Shown here: piece after piece, positions 7,200 through 17,757 of the stretch
How the letters are laid out: each line of letters begins with the position of its first letter
Numbering within the stretch: position 1 is the first letter of the stretch
Source: an uncultured Klebsiella sp.
GTDB taxonomy: Bacteria; Planctomycetota; Phycisphaerae; Phycisphaerales; SM1A02
DNA length: 62,804 bases
NCBI GenBank assembly: GCA_964393015.1
Contig: CAYMSD010000007.1
Location: 1 to 62,804 of the forward strand
Direction: 5' to 3'
The notes under the pieces: generated by a model
Databases searched by the model: none
Seen by the model: only the letters and a program-made list of their open reading frames with translations
What the model was told of the DNA's origin: nothing
Translations under genes and position numbers: made by a program

Positions 7200-9185
7200 C
7201 TACTTCCGCTGCGCCTCGGACCGCGTCGACTCCTCCGCCTCGCGTGCGCGACGCGCCGCCATCTCCGCGAGCCTGCGTCGCGCCTCCACGATGCCGGGCG
7301 GCTCGGGAAGCGCCTGCTGGAACGCGAGGCCCGTCGCGGCGAGCCTGCTTGCCGCGAACTCGGCCTCGAGGACGGGCCGCACGCGGTCGTAGACGAGCGC
7401 ACGCACATCCTCGGGGGCCTTGCGGTAGATGACGAGCCGGTCGAGGAGCGGCTGCGAGTTGTCGAGCAGCACCTTGGTCAGGACCGCGGGGATCGACTCG
7501 TCGAGCTGGCCGATGAGGTCCTTCATGCGGCCCTCCCCGAACTTGTTCACGAAGTCGTTGTAGCGCACCTCGCGGAAGAACCGCGTCAGGTCGCGCGCGA
7601 AGGTCAGCGCCTCCTCGAGCACCTTCTCGTTGTCGAGGAGCAGACCCTCGCGGAAGCCGCGCTCGAGCACCGAGTACACATCGCTGCGCGCCACCTCGGG
7701 CTGCATCTCGTACTCGCCGAAGGTCACGCGCTGCACGAAGTCGTCGAGCGGCATCGAGTAGTCGGAGTTCGGGATGATCGCGCCGCTTCCGTAGAGGCTG
7801 TCGAGCCTGTCGAGGATCTCCTGCGCGCCCGCCACATCGCCCGTGCGGTAGAGCTCGCGCACGGCCTGCCTCATGAAGTTCTGGTGGAAGTTCATGAAGG
7901 TCTCGCCGCCCGCGCCGCGCGTGTCGTAGTGCTTGGTGTAGAGCGTGTTGAAGTAGCGGTCGATCACCTTGATCCAGCGCGGGTCGTTGAGCCGCGTCAC
8001 GTTGTCGCCGCTGAACGGGTCGAACGACACATAGCCCGAGCGCGCCAGCGCCTGCATGGCCTGGATCTCGGTGCGGTCGTTGTTCACGATCTTCGCGACA
8101 TCGAGCTCGTCGGTCACGCGGTGCTCGCCGAGCTGCGATCCGCGCCGCGCCCAGTAGAGCGCGTGCGCCGCGGGATGCCGCCAGTCGAGCGGCCCCGTGT
8201 CGCGGGTGAACTCGTACATGAGCTGCGGATCCATGTTGTACTCGTCGAGCAGCACGCGCCTGCGCATGAAGGCGAGGAGTGCGTCGGCCGCGGCACGACG
8301 ATCCTTCGCCGCGGGGCTCTCGTCCTTCGGATCGCCGCCGAAGACCGACTCGAAGACGCCGACGAGCGTCGCGGCGTCCTCGTCCATGGCGCGGATCCCG
8401 AGCATCTGCGCATAGGGCGACGCCTGCCGCGCGGCCCACTCGCCGTAGAGAAGGAGGAAGCGCTTGTCCGCCGCGAACGCGTAGCGTCCTCCGAGCGGCG
8501 CGAGCCGCTTCTCGAGCTCCTCGACGAGACCCTTCGTGGCGGGGACCTTGGCGTAGAGCTCGGGCAGCGTCTCGGGAGCGTCGGCGATGTACTTGATCCA
8601 CGCCGTGCGCTGGTCATGGTCGATGGGAGGCACGCCGAGGACCAGGTGCCACTCCCGCGCGAACTGCCGCTTGTAGTAGAGGTGCGCGTCGTCGGCGAGG
8701 CCGTCGATCTTGTGCGAGAACCAGAACGCGAGCTCCTTGCAGAGCTCGAGGTCGTTCGGGTTGTAGCGGATGCCGCGCTCGCGCACGAGGGAGATGCCCG
8801 CGTTGACCCACGCCCAGCGCTCCTCGGGCGTGTTGGTCATGACCGAGATGTTGTAGGCGAGGTTGTGCCCGTGGAACGACCACACCTCGGGGAAGCGCGG
8901 CTGCAGCTTGGTGATGAGGTCCGCGTCCGCCATCACCTCGTAGAGCAGCCCCTTCTCCTTCTGGATGGTGACCTTGAGCCACAGGTAGTCGACGATCAGC
9001 CCGCGCAGCGCGCCGATCGCCGTGCCGATGGCCACGATCGGGGGCGCGCCCTTCACCGACTCGTCGGTGTAGCGCAGCTGCTCGCGGTCGGAGATCTCGA
9101 GCATCTTCGGCTGCAGGAAGCCCGCGCCCGTCACGCCGAGGACGAGCACGGCCGCCGCGCCGAACTGGATGAAGCGGTCGCGCAT
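7200..9185 (-). CDS. Hypothetical membrane-anchored protein (two N-terminal TM helices, large helical domain), last gene of the SPFH-ABC operon
   Basis: The 661-aa ORF has non-artefactual composition (Tyr/Phe/Trp/Asp/Lys-rich). Its ATG lies 1 nt after the upstream permease stop. I recognise no family. Confidence 0.75.
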   Translation of the reverse strand: MRDRFIQFGAAAVLVLGVTGAGFLQPKMLEISDREQLRYTDESVKGAPPIVAIGTAIGALRGLIVDYLWLKVTIQKEKGLLYEVMADADLITKLQPRFPEVWSFHGHNLAYNISVMTNTPEERWAWVNAGISLVRERGIRYNPNDLELCKELAFWFSHKIDGLADDAHLYYKRQFAREWHLVLGVPPIDHDQRTAWIKYIADAPETLPELYAKVPATKGLVEELEKRLAPLGGRYAFAADKRFLLLYGEWAARQASPYAQMLGIRAMDEDAATLVGVFESVFGGDPKDESPAAKDRRAAADALLAFMRRRVLLDEYNMDPQLMYEFTRDTGPLDWRHPAAHALYWARRGSQLGEHRVTDELDVAKIVNNDRTEIQAMQALARSGYVSFDPFSGDNVTRLNDPRWIKVIDRYFNTLYTKHYDTRGAGGETFMNFHQNFMRQAVRELYRTGDVAGAQEILDRLDSLYGSGAIIPNSDYSMPLDDFVQRVTFGEYEMQPEVARSDVYSVLERGFREGLLLDNEKVLEEALTFARDLTRFFREVRYNDFVNKFGEGRMKDLIGQLDESIPAVLTKVLLDNSQPLLDRLVIYRKAPEDVRALVYDRVRPVLEAEFAASRLAATGLAFQQALPEPPGIVEARRRLAEMAARRAREAEESTRSEAQRK

Positions 9186-9186
9186 G

Positions 9187-11241
9187 TCAGCCTCCCTGCC
9201 CGCTGTAGATGGCGAGTTCCTTGCGGCGGAACACGAAGAACGACACGAGGAGCAGGACGCCGCTCCACGCCACGCCGATCAGGGCGAATGTCTGGAACAC
9301 GGCCGCCCAAGGCACGAGCCTTCCCTCGACGAGCGGCCCGCTCGCGCGCGCCTCGCCGAAGCTGCGCACCGCGAACTCGGTTCCGCCGGCGATCCCGCGC
9401 ACCACCGCCTCGAAGCCCTTCAGCACGCTCGAGTCGGTGCGGATGCGGTACTCGTCGATGCTCGTCGCGAGGTACGGCGCGACCGAGCCCGCCACGAAGA
9501 CCGTGAACACCACGAGACACGCCACCGGGAAGCTGAGGAACGACGAGAGCGTCACGGCGAGCATGGAGACGAACGAGAGCTTGAGCAGGTTCACCAGCTG
9601 CGCGCGAAGGAGATTGCCCTCGAAGTCGCCCGTCCTGTAGAGGAGCTCGAGTCCGTCGGGGTCGAAGGCGATGCTTGCGTCGCCGGGGCCGAACTGCATC
9701 TCGGCGGGCGCCTCGGGGTCGAATCGCACGTTCGCGATGCGGAGGACGAGCGTGCCGTCGGGCCTGATCGCGTCGGCGGGAACGGAGACGACGTTCGACT
9801 GCGCCGCGATGAACTGGCGGTCGACCCAGGTCGCGCCGGCGTCCTCGCCGAAGATGAAGATGACGGGGTAGACCGTGTGCGGGTCGCTCTCGCCCGCGTA
9901 GAACTTGTAGCGGAGCGACATGGGCGCGCCGGCCTCGCGGGCCTTCGCGAGCCCCTCGAAGCGGTACATCCGCTCCTGTCCGGGCCCGATCGCGCGCTGC
10001 TGCTTCAGGTACTCGTCGCCGATCGCGCGCGCGAGGGTCTTCTGGATGTCGAGCTCGGTGCGGCGCCCCTCGCGCATGTCGGCCTGCGCGTTCGGATCGG
10101 CGCGGATCGCCTCCTCGACCGCATTGCGGAGCTCGCCAGGCCCGAGCGGCTCGTAGCGCGGGAATCCGCCCACGCGGGCGACGAGGATCTCGTTGCGCAC
10201 GGCGGAGGCGTCGAGCGCGTCGAGCGCGGGGCGCGTGCGCATCTGCGCGAGGAACGCCACCATGGCGAAGGTGCACACGAGGAGGATCGCCGCGTTGAGG
10301 CACACGACGCCGAGCCACTTCCCCGCGAGCCACGAGAGACGCGAGACGGGCTTCGTGAGCGTCAGCCACGCCTGGCGGTCGCGGATCTCGAAGGCGACGG
10401 TCGCGCAGCCGAAGAAGACCGTGAGGAACGCGCAGACGACGTACATGATGTCGAGCGAGCGCGAGAGGAAGGTCTGGATCTGGTAGCGGAGCGGCGTGGT
10501 CGGGTCGATCCACGCAGGGAGGAGCGGGATCGCCGCGATCGCGACGGCCGCGAAGACGACCGCGATGCGCAGACGCATCGCCTCCCGCACCACCCCGCCC
10601 GCGACCGCGAGCATCGGGGACGCGCGGTCGAGGCCGAGGAGGATGAGGCGGATCAGGAGCGCGAAGAGGAAGAGGAACGACGGCACCGCGGCGAGGCTCG
10701 CAGCGAGGTCGGGCTGGCCGCGCCAGAGGCAGAGCGCGGCGACCGCCGAGGCGAACACCGTCACGCCGACGAGCGGCACCGCGAGGCCCGTGAAGGCGGC
10801 GAATCCGACGACCGCGAGCGCGGCCGCGCCGAGGATGAGCAGCAGCGAAGGGTCGTTGGCGAAGGCGATCGGCATCCAACCCGGGCGCTCGACGCTGATC
10901 AGGCGGTTGGACGCCTCGGCGATGCGCTCGATGCGGCCGCTCTCGCCGAAGGTCCGCTGCATCGCGCTCGCGAGGCTCTCGTCGCCGATCTCGCGGCCGT
11001 CGACGAGAAGCGTCCCCTTCTCGACGAGCTGCACCGCCGCGGGGTCCTTCCGCACGAGGTCGAGCCCCGACAGGATCTCGGGCACGCGGGTGGTGAGACG
11101 CTGCAGGTCGGAAGCCGTCGCGTAGTAGAACGAGACCGTCGCGATGAGCACCACCGAGAAGATGGCCGCCACCGCGATGCGGAAGCCGGGCTTCCGCTCG
11201 AGCGACGCGAGGTGTTCGCGAATGGCGTCGAGAAGGCTCAA
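9187..11241 (-). CDS. ABC-2 (NosY/GldF-like) transporter permease with large extracytoplasmic regions
   Basis: The motif EIRDRQAWLTLTKPVSRLSWLAGKWLG is typical of ABC-2 permeases, and there are multiple TM helices. The TTG start overlaps the ATPase stop (TTGA). Confidence 0.8.
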   Translation of the reverse strand: MSLLDAIREHLASLERKPGFRIAVAAIFSVVLIATVSFYYATASDLQRLTTRVPEILSGLDLVRKDPAAVQLVEKGTLLVDGREIGDESLASAMQRTFGESGRIERIAEASNRLISVERPGWMPIAFANDPSLLLILGAAALAVVGFAAFTGLAVPLVGVTVFASAVAALCLWRGQPDLAASLAAVPSFLFLFALLIRLILLGLDRASPMLAVAGGVVREAMRLRIAVVFAAVAIAAIPLLPAWIDPTTPLRYQIQTFLSRSLDIMYVVCAFLTVFFGCATVAFEIRDRQAWLTLTKPVSRLSWLAGKWLGVVCLNAAILLVCTFAMVAFLAQMRTRPALDALDASAVRNEILVARVGGFPRYEPLGPGELRNAVEEAIRADPNAQADMREGRRTELDIQKTLARAIGDEYLKQQRAIGPGQERMYRFEGLAKAREAGAPMSLRYKFYAGESDPHTVYPVIFIFGEDAGATWVDRQFIAAQSNVVSVPADAIRPDGTLVLRIANVRFDPEAPAEMQFGPGDASIAFDPDGLELLYRTGDFEGNLLRAQLVNLLKLSFVSMLAVTLSSFLSFPVACLVVFTVFVAGSVAPYLATSIDEYRIRTDSSVLKGFEAVVRGIAGGTEFAVRSFGEARASGPLVEGRLVPWAAVFQTFALIGVAWSGVLLLVSFFVFRRKELAIYSGQGG

Positions 11242-12521
11242 CGCTTCTCACCCCCGCCGCGGTCGTCCGCGGGCTTGTCGGAGTCGGACAGGAGCGAGTC
11301 GATGAGTCCCTGGTCGGGCTGGTTTCCCGCCGCGTCCTTGCGCACCGCGGGGGGTGCCGCGCGCGGCGCGGACTGCGCCCTCGCGGCGCCCTCCGCCTTC
11401 GACGGGTCGATCAGCGCGTCGAGCACGCCGCGGTCGGCGCCCGCGGGAGCGGATGGCGCGACCTGCCCCGGCACGACGCGAGACACGGCGGGAGCCGGCA
11501 TGGCCGGACGCTCCGCGGCGCGGACGAGTTCGTCGACGACGGACGCCCCCGTCTCGCCCGCGTCCGTCGCCTCCGACTGGAGGAACGACGCGATCTTGCC
11601 GCCCGCCTGCGCGCCGCTCGTCGCGAGCTGCTCGGCGCGCGCCTTCTCGACGATGTCGAGGAAGAGCGCCTCGAGCGACTGGCGCGGAGCCTCGACGCGC
11701 TCGATGCCGACGCCTTGCGACGCGTGCAGCGCCTGCTCGACGGCGGCGACGGCCGCATCGGTGAGGCGCGGCGTCCGAAGCAGCGTGTGCTGGCTGTCCG
11801 CGAGGAGCTGCTCGCTCGTCCCCTCCGCGCGGATGCGGCCGCCATAGAGGATCACCATGCGGTCGCAGACATCCTCGACATCCGCGAGGAGGTGCGAGGT
11901 CAGCAGGATCGTCTTCCCACGGCGGCCGAGCTCGAGGATGAGGTCCTTCACCTGGCGCGTGCCGAGCGGGTCGAGGCCCGAGGTCGGCTCGTCGAGGATC
12001 AGGAGCTCGGGGTCGTTCACCAGCGCCTGCGCGAGGCCGAGGCGGCGCGCCATGCCCTTCGAGAACTCGCCCGCGGGGCGATGCGCCACCTGGTCGAGGC
12101 CCACCATCTCGAGGAGCTCGCCCGTGCGTCGCGCGCGCGTGCGGCGGTCGAGGCCGAAGAGCTTGCCGTAGTAGTCGAGCGTCTCGGTCGGGTTGAGGTA
12201 GCGGTAGAGATAGGTCTCCTCGGGCAGATAGCCGATCTTCCGCTTGACGGCGACATCGCTCGGGTCGCGCCCGAAGACGACGAGGCGGCCCCGCGTCTTG
12301 TGCAGGAGGCCGAGGATCATCTTGATCGAGGTCGACTTTCCCGAGCCGTTCGGGCCGAGAAGCCCGAAGATCTCGTGGCGGTCGATGTGGAAGTCGATGC
12401 CGTCGACGGCCTTCGCCGTCGAACGCAGCCAGAAGTCCGTGAAGGTCTTGGTGAGACCGACGGCGTCCACGATGCGCTCGCGGGAGTCGTTTCGCGTGGA
12501 ACCAGTCTCTCGAACGGACAT
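11238..12521 (-). CDS. ABC transporter ATP-binding protein with a long low-complexity C-terminal tail
   Basis: Walker A GPNGSGKST, signature FSKGMARRL and Walker B LLILDEPTSGLD are present. Confidence 0.95.
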   Translation of the reverse strand: MSVRETGSTRNDSRERIVDAVGLTKTFTDFWLRSTAKAVDGIDFHIDRHEIFGLLGPNGSGKSTSIKMILGLLHKTRGRLVVFGRDPSDVAVKRKIGYLPEETYLYRYLNPTETLDYYGKLFGLDRRTRARRTGELLEMVGLDQVAHRPAGEFSKGMARRLGLAQALVNDPELLILDEPTSGLDPLGTRQVKDLILELGRRGKTILLTSHLLADVEDVCDRMVILYGGRIRAEGTSEQLLADSQHTLLRTPRLTDAAVAAVEQALHASQGVGIERVEAPRQSLEALFLDIVEKARAEQLATSGAQAGGKIASFLQSEATDAGETGASVVDELVRAAERPAMPAPAVSRVVPGQVAPSAPAGADRGVLDALIDPSKAEGAARAQSAPRAAPPAVRKDAAGNQPDQGLIDSLLSDSDKPADDRGGGEKR

Positions 12522-12650
12522 GCAGGACTCGCTTTCGTTCAGGCTGCGCCCGATGGGCGCGGGGGTTCGACTTCGTGCGGTACGGCTCGCCTCGCGCGTC
12601 GGTTCAATCTCAGGAGCGCAGGCACGCGCGCGGGCTCGATCCCGCCCGCC

Positions 12651-14111
12651 TCAATCCTTCCCGAGCGCGCCGCTCGCGTCGCGCTTGAGCTGGCGCCCGG
12701 CGCGGTCGATGGCGATCTGCTCGCTGTTCGGCGCGAAGAAGGAGCCCGATCCCTCGGCCGCCTGCTGCGCCCGCTTGCGGTTGATCTCCGCGTTGCGCCG
12801 CGACTGCATGATCTCGCCCGAGCTCGTCAGGCGCAGCGAGATCATGCCGAGCGAGTTCGGCCCTGCGTAGATCTCGGCCTGCGGGTTCTCGAGCACTTCG
12901 CGCACGGCGTCGAGCCACAGCTGGCGCACGACCTGCGAGCCAGGCTCGCGGAAGCTCGGCCAGAGGCCCTCGAGGCGACGGAGCTCGCGCGCGAGCTCCG
13001 CGCGCAGCGCCGCCTCGGACGCCTTCGCCCGCGCGACGATCGCGGCGACCTCGCCGCCCACATCGTCGGCCTCCATGCGATTGCCCAGCTCGACGAGCGT
13101 CGCCTCGGCGTCCTCGAGCCTGTTCGCGCCGAGCTCCTCCTCGTAGCGGCGGATCAGCGCCAGGAGCGTCTCGTGGACATCGCCGCCCGCGACCTGCGTC
13201 AGCGAGGTCCGCGCCTCGCCGCTCGCCTTCTCGACGATCGTCTTGGCGTTCTCGCGCGCGGTCTGGACATCGCGGTAGCGGTTCTGGATCGCGAGCGGCG
13301 CCATGCGGCGGCGGGCGGACACGGTCGCAAGCTCGATGCCGACATCGAGCCTGTCGAGCGTGCGCTGCGCGCGCTCGCCGATCGCCGGGCCGAGCAGGTC
13401 GCGCGTGGTGTCGATGATCTCGGCGAGCGTGAGCGTGCTCGCCGCCTCGACGGCGGCCTGGCGCACGGCCGCGCGCACGATGACCTCCGCGTTGCGGGGA
13501 TCGGTGGCGCGGAGAAGCCGCACGGCGTCGACCACCTCGTAGCTGAACTCGAGCTCCGCGTGGGCGATGTCGCCCTCGACCGTCAGGAGCGAGCCGTCGC
13601 CAACCCCGACGGGCCCCGGCTTGAGGCCGAAGTCCGCCGCAGCGGAGTCGATCTGCTCCTCGAGGGTCTTCTCACGGAGATCGCCCTGGTTGCGGCGCCT
13701 CGGCCAGAAGTCGTCGGACATGACGACCGACTTCCGGCTCTGCTCGAAGACCACGAGGTCGCCGATCGGATAGGGCCAGAACGGCTGGAGCCCGGGCGTC
13801 AGCTGCTCCTCGCCCTCCGCTCCCGCGATCGCACCGAAGAGGGTCTTCACGCCCGTATCGCCCTCCTTCACGGAGCGGAAGCCCGACACGAGGAAGACCA
13901 CGACGAGCGCCACGATGCCGAGCTGCAGGATGCGGTACGAGAGCTTCAGCGCGTCGCCGAGCGAGCTCGTCGCCGGGTCGAGCGCCTCGCGAAGCGACTC
14001 CTCGCCGCCTGCGCCCACATCGAAGCGCGCGCTCGCGGCGCGGCGCGGCGCCTCCTGCGGAAAGCCCGCCTCGTCGTCGCGGGGATCGGGAGCATTCGGT
14101 TCCGCGCTCAT
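12651..14111 (-). CDS. SPFH/Band-7 domain protein (HflK-like)
   Basis: One N-terminal TM is followed by an SPFH-like core (VKEGDTGVKTLFG...) and a long coiled-coil tail. The ATG overlaps the upstream stop (ATGA at 14108-14111). Confidence 0.7.
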   Translation of the reverse strand: MSAEPNAPDPRDDEAGFPQEAPRRAASARFDVGAGGEESLREALDPATSSLGDALKLSYRILQLGIVALVVVFLVSGFRSVKEGDTGVKTLFGAIAGAEGEEQLTPGLQPFWPYPIGDLVVFEQSRKSVVMSDDFWPRRRNQGDLREKTLEEQIDSAAADFGLKPGPVGVGDGSLLTVEGDIAHAELEFSYEVVDAVRLLRATDPRNAEVIVRAAVRQAAVEAASTLTLAEIIDTTRDLLGPAIGERAQRTLDRLDVGIELATVSARRRMAPLAIQNRYRDVQTARENAKTIVEKASGEARTSLTQVAGGDVHETLLALIRRYEEELGANRLEDAEATLVELGNRMEADDVGGEVAAIVARAKASEAALRAELARELRRLEGLWPSFREPGSQVVRQLWLDAVREVLENPQAEIYAGPNSLGMISLRLTSSGEIMQSRRNAEINRKRAQQAAEGSGSFFAPNSEQIAIDRAGRQLKRDASGALGKD

Positions 14112-15085
14112 CGACCGCCCTCCTCCGTGGCGCCTTCCGACGCGCTCGCGGACGCCGTCGCCTTCGCCGCGGGCTGTTCGGAGGGCTGCGGCACGCCCCG
14201 CCCATCGACCGCCGCGCCGAAGTCAAGGAGGTGGAACGGCGCGCGGGTGGTGTCGCCGATGAAGGTGGTCGAGCCGCGCAGGCCCGCGCGCATCGCGTCG
14301 AGCCATGCGAGGAAGGTCGCGAGCTCCGAGTACTGCTTCATGCGCTCGTAGTAGGCGGTCGCCTCCTCGCTTCCGCGGCCCTCGATGCGCGAGGCCCACT
14401 GGTTGGCGAAGGCGACGATGGTGTCCGACTGGCTCTTGGCCTGGCTGCGCAGCGCCTCCGCGGCCGAGTTCGCCTTGGCGTTCTCGAGCTTGGCGAGCGT
14501 GTTCTGGACCTCGCTCATGCGCGACAGCACGCTGACGGTCGTCTTCTGCGGAAGCACGATCTGCGAGAGGCCGACCGCGACGGGCTCGACGCCCACCTTC
14601 TGCGCGCCCGCGACGCCCGAGAGGATCGCCTTCTCCGCGTCCGCGAGGCGAGCCTTCGGACCGACGAGGTCCTCGAAGCGGAAGCCGCCGACCGCCTTCA
14701 CGGCGCCCGCGAGCGTCTGCTCGAGGTCCGAGTTCGCGCTGTCGAGCGAGCCTCCGTAGCTCACGAAGAAGTCCTGCGCCTCCTTGTCCGAGTCCTTCAC
14801 CTTCCAGAAGAGGTAGGCGCGCACGACCACCTGCAGTCCGTCGCTCGTCTGCACGGTCTGCAGCGGGCTCTCCGCGAACTGGAGGCGGCGGTCGATCTTC
14901 GTGACGGAGTCGATGAAGAACGGGAACTTGAAGTGAAGCCCCGCCTCGCGCTCGACGCCCGCGGGCACGCCGAAGCGCGTGCGGATGGCGAACTCGTGGA
15001 AGTTGACCGTGTAGGTCGTGCTGTACAGGACGAGCACGAGGACGATCGCGATTCCCAGGGCGAAGGCTGATGTGCGCTTGTTCAT
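14108..15085 (-). CDS. SPFH/Band-7 domain protein (HflC-like)
   Basis: An N-terminal TM is followed by YTVNFHEFAIRTRFGVPAG...GLHFKFPFFIDSVTKIDRR, which resembles the HflC N-terminal SPFH signature. Confidence 0.85.
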   Translation of the reverse strand: MNKRTSAFALGIAIVLVLVLYSTTYTVNFHEFAIRTRFGVPAGVEREAGLHFKFPFFIDSVTKIDRRLQFAESPLQTVQTSDGLQVVVRAYLFWKVKDSDKEAQDFFVSYGGSLDSANSDLEQTLAGAVKAVGGFRFEDLVGPKARLADAEKAILSGVAGAQKVGVEPVAVGLSQIVLPQKTTVSVLSRMSEVQNTLAKLENAKANSAAEALRSQAKSQSDTIVAFANQWASRIEGRGSEEATAYYERMKQYSELATFLAWLDAMRAGLRGSTTFIGDTTRAPFHLLDFGAAVDGRGVPQPSEQPAAKATASASASEGATEEGGR

Positions 15086-15184
15086 GGAGTCTTCCGTCGT
15101 TCGGCGCGTGGCCGGTGCATGTCGTTGGTTCGGTCGGCCCGATCTCTCTCGTCCCGCGTCGCACCGCGGGCATCGCTCTTCCCG

Positions 15185-17395
15185 TCACTCCTCTTTCGTC
15201 TCGAGGTAGTCGCCGATGTTGAGGCCCGTCGTCGGCTCCTGCATCTCGATGTCGACGCTGACACGCTCGTTGTCGGGAAGCAGGATGTACTTCACACGGA
15301 CGAGCGAAAGCGCCTCGCCGAGCGCCTGCATGGTCTTGCGCGTGCGGTAGAGCGCCGGATCGACGCTCCAGGCGGCGCTCTGGCCGAGCACCTCCTGCGC
15401 GATCGTCTGCGCGTCCATCAGCGTGTTCCAGCGGTTGGCCCGCGCGCCGGAGATGACGCTCGCGACCTGCGCGCGCGACTCGATCACCATCTGCTCGAGC
15501 CGCGCCTGCAGCGAGGCCACGCGGTCCGCGAGCGCCTGGTCGGCTGCGGCGCCGCCCTTGGCGGCGAGCTCGCGCTCGAGCGCGGACAGCTCGGTGATCC
15601 CGCGGACGATCTCGTCGGCGCGCGCGGGGTCTCCCACGAGCATGCTGAGCGCGGTCGACACGGTGCTCTGCTCGGCCTCGATCTGACGGCGGCTGTTCTG
15701 CCGCGCGATCGAAAGCTCCTCGAACTTGCCGCCCTCCGTCCCCGGGGGACGAAGCCGCGGGACACTCACGCCGACCACCTCGACGCCGCACTCCGCCGCA
15801 TCGAACGCGGCCTGGATGCCGCGCGCGAGCACATCGACGAACGGTGCGTCGACAGGGGGCGAGAGCACGTCGTCGAGCGACCGCGTGCTCATCACGCGCG
15901 TGACCTCGCGCATCGCGATCGCCTTGAGCGCACGCTCGCGCATGTCGCTCTGGTCGCGGCGCGAGCGGATGTCGTTCGAGAAGCCGATGTAGCGCGGGAG
16001 CTCGCCGTCGCGCACGCGGTACTGGAGCACGATGTCCGCCTCGACGAGCGCGAACTGGTCGGTCGCCTGCTGCTCCGCGCCCGTGGCGCCGAGGAGCGAA
16101 CCGAGGCCGCCCGCCGCGTCGGAGACGAGGCTGACGGAGCCACCCCCCGCCGAACGCGTGCTCGCGCCCACGAGGAAGAGGTTCGTGTTCGTGCTGACCT
16201 CGATGTTCTCGCCGCCCCACACCACGACGTCGTCCTTGGTGACGGGCGTGATCACGCCGAGCGGCAGGTCGCGCACGCGGTTCACGTCCTTGACCACGGC
16301 CTCGTCGATCGGCCACGGCATCTTCGCCATCGGCCCGCCCTGGTAGACCTCGCCGACGACCCTGCCGAAGCGGAGGCGAAGCGCCTGCTCCTGCGGCTGC
16401 ACGACGACGAGCGTGGTGAGCGAGAGGACGACCACGGCGCCGACGGTGAGGAGGCGCACGAAGTTCCGCAGCAGGAGCTGGTAGCCCCACGAGCTCGTGA
16501 TGTCGAAGCCGAACTGGTAGTTCACGGCCTCGTTGATCGAGCGCACGATCGAATCGGGCGCCGCGAAGAGGCTGAGGACGCGCGAGTCGAACGCGGGGCG
16601 CGGCACCTCGCCCGGGCGACGCGGGCGATAGAGGTTCAGGAGGAAGTTGAGGACGGTCTCGGCCGCGACCGCGATCATGAAGACCGCGAGGCCCCACGCG
16701 ACGGCGTGCAGGACGGTCCCCGTCTTCGCGGGGTCCTCCTCGAGCATGCGGAACACCGTGCCGACGCCGAGCGCCGCCGTGACAAGCGCGTTGCCGACCA
16801 TCACGGCCGCGCCGCCGCGGAGGTTCGCCCACGCCTTCTGCACGGCCATGCCCGCGACGAAGCGCGAGAAGATGAAGCAGACGAGCGCGGCACCGAACGC
16901 GACCGCGAGCTGCCAGCCCGGATGCGCGGTGACGGTGAAGTCGCCGTAGTCCGTGCCGGCGCGCTGGATCGCGCCGAACCACCAGATGACGCCCCACGCG
17001 AAGCCGATCAGGAGCGCCGCATAGACGAGGCTCAGGATCGGCATCAGCACCGAGTGCATGAGCTCGAGGCGCCGCTTCGCCACGCGCGCCTCGTCGGTCG
17101 CGAACAGCCTGCCCTCGTCGTCGACGCGCGGCCCCGCCTCGAACTCGAGCGCCTCGAGGCGCTCGAGCCTGTGCTGGTGGAACAGAAGGACGAGCCCGAG
17201 CCACACGATGGTGCCGGCGAACGCCCAGCTCGACGCGATGACGGTCGCGGAGTCGCTCAGCGATGTGCCGTCTGCGCCAGCGGGCCCCGTCGTCTTGCCG
17301 AAGACGAGCAGCAGCAACGCGATCGCGATCTGGACGAAGAGGCCTGCGGCGGCGACGCCCGTGGCCCTTTGGTAGGCGTGGTGATCGATGCGCAT
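15185..17395 (-). CDS. Polytopic membrane protein fused to a C-terminal SPFH/HflK-like domain and coiled coil
   Basis: The 736-aa product has about 7 predicted TM helices. These are followed by VVVQPQEQALRLRFGRVVGEVYQGGPMAKMPWPIDE (an SPFH-like start) and an Ala/Glu/Arg-rich helical tail. Confidence 0.75.
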   Translation of the reverse strand: MRIDHHAYQRATGVAAAGLFVQIAIALLLLVFGKTTGPAGADGTSLSDSATVIASSWAFAGTIVWLGLVLLFHQHRLERLEALEFEAGPRVDDEGRLFATDEARVAKRRLELMHSVLMPILSLVYAALLIGFAWGVIWWFGAIQRAGTDYGDFTVTAHPGWQLAVAFGAALVCFIFSRFVAGMAVQKAWANLRGGAAVMVGNALVTAALGVGTVFRMLEEDPAKTGTVLHAVAWGLAVFMIAVAAETVLNFLLNLYRPRRPGEVPRPAFDSRVLSLFAAPDSIVRSINEAVNYQFGFDITSSWGYQLLLRNFVRLLTVGAVVVLSLTTLVVVQPQEQALRLRFGRVVGEVYQGGPMAKMPWPIDEAVVKDVNRVRDLPLGVITPVTKDDVVVWGGENIEVSTNTNLFLVGASTRSAGGGSVSLVSDAAGGLGSLLGATGAEQQATDQFALVEADIVLQYRVRDGELPRYIGFSNDIRSRRDQSDMRERALKAIAMREVTRVMSTRSLDDVLSPPVDAPFVDVLARGIQAAFDAAECGVEVVGVSVPRLRPPGTEGGKFEELSIARQNSRRQIEAEQSTVSTALSMLVGDPARADEIVRGITELSALERELAAKGGAAADQALADRVASLQARLEQMVIESRAQVASVISGARANRWNTLMDAQTIAQEVLGQSAAWSVDPALYRTRKTMQALGEALSLVRVKYILLPDNERVSVDIEMQEPTTGLNIGDYLETKEE

Positions 17396-17757
17396 CGGTG
17401 AAGCGTTGACAGTCGGACCCGATCAGACCCGGTTGGTCGCCGACGGCACGCTGGACGGCCATCGACACCGGGAGGAAGAAATGACCCGTCCGAAGGAACC
17501 CTCGGACCCCGGACGGGCGCGGTACTGTAAGGTACGGACGCGATCCGTGCCGAAGTTCGAACATCTTTCGAACGGAACGCGTCGGACAGTCCGTTCATCT
17601 CCCTTCCGCATTCGCACCGCGGGCCGTGCATTCCATCCGGACGGAGGCCGCCCCCGCGGATCGGGCTCGCCAGGCACAGCGCCTGCCCCGCCCGCGCCCT
17701 TGGGGCGGCGAACAGAGCACCACGCCGCGCCTGCAGGCCCGGCGGGCGGAGCATTCC

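Noticed and set aside
17406-17434. The TTGACA at 17406-17411 as a sigma-70 promoter.
   Set aside because: The hexamer 17 nt downstream is CCGGTT, which has no -10 resemblance. It was not called as a feature.
14223-17564. A 1113-aa minus-strand ORF, the longest in this part of the window.
   Set aside because: Its composition is extremely Arg/Ala/Gly/Pro-rich. It runs out of frame across two SPFH genes that have recognisable family motifs and normal hydrophobic TM segments. This is the typical high-GC shadow ORF.
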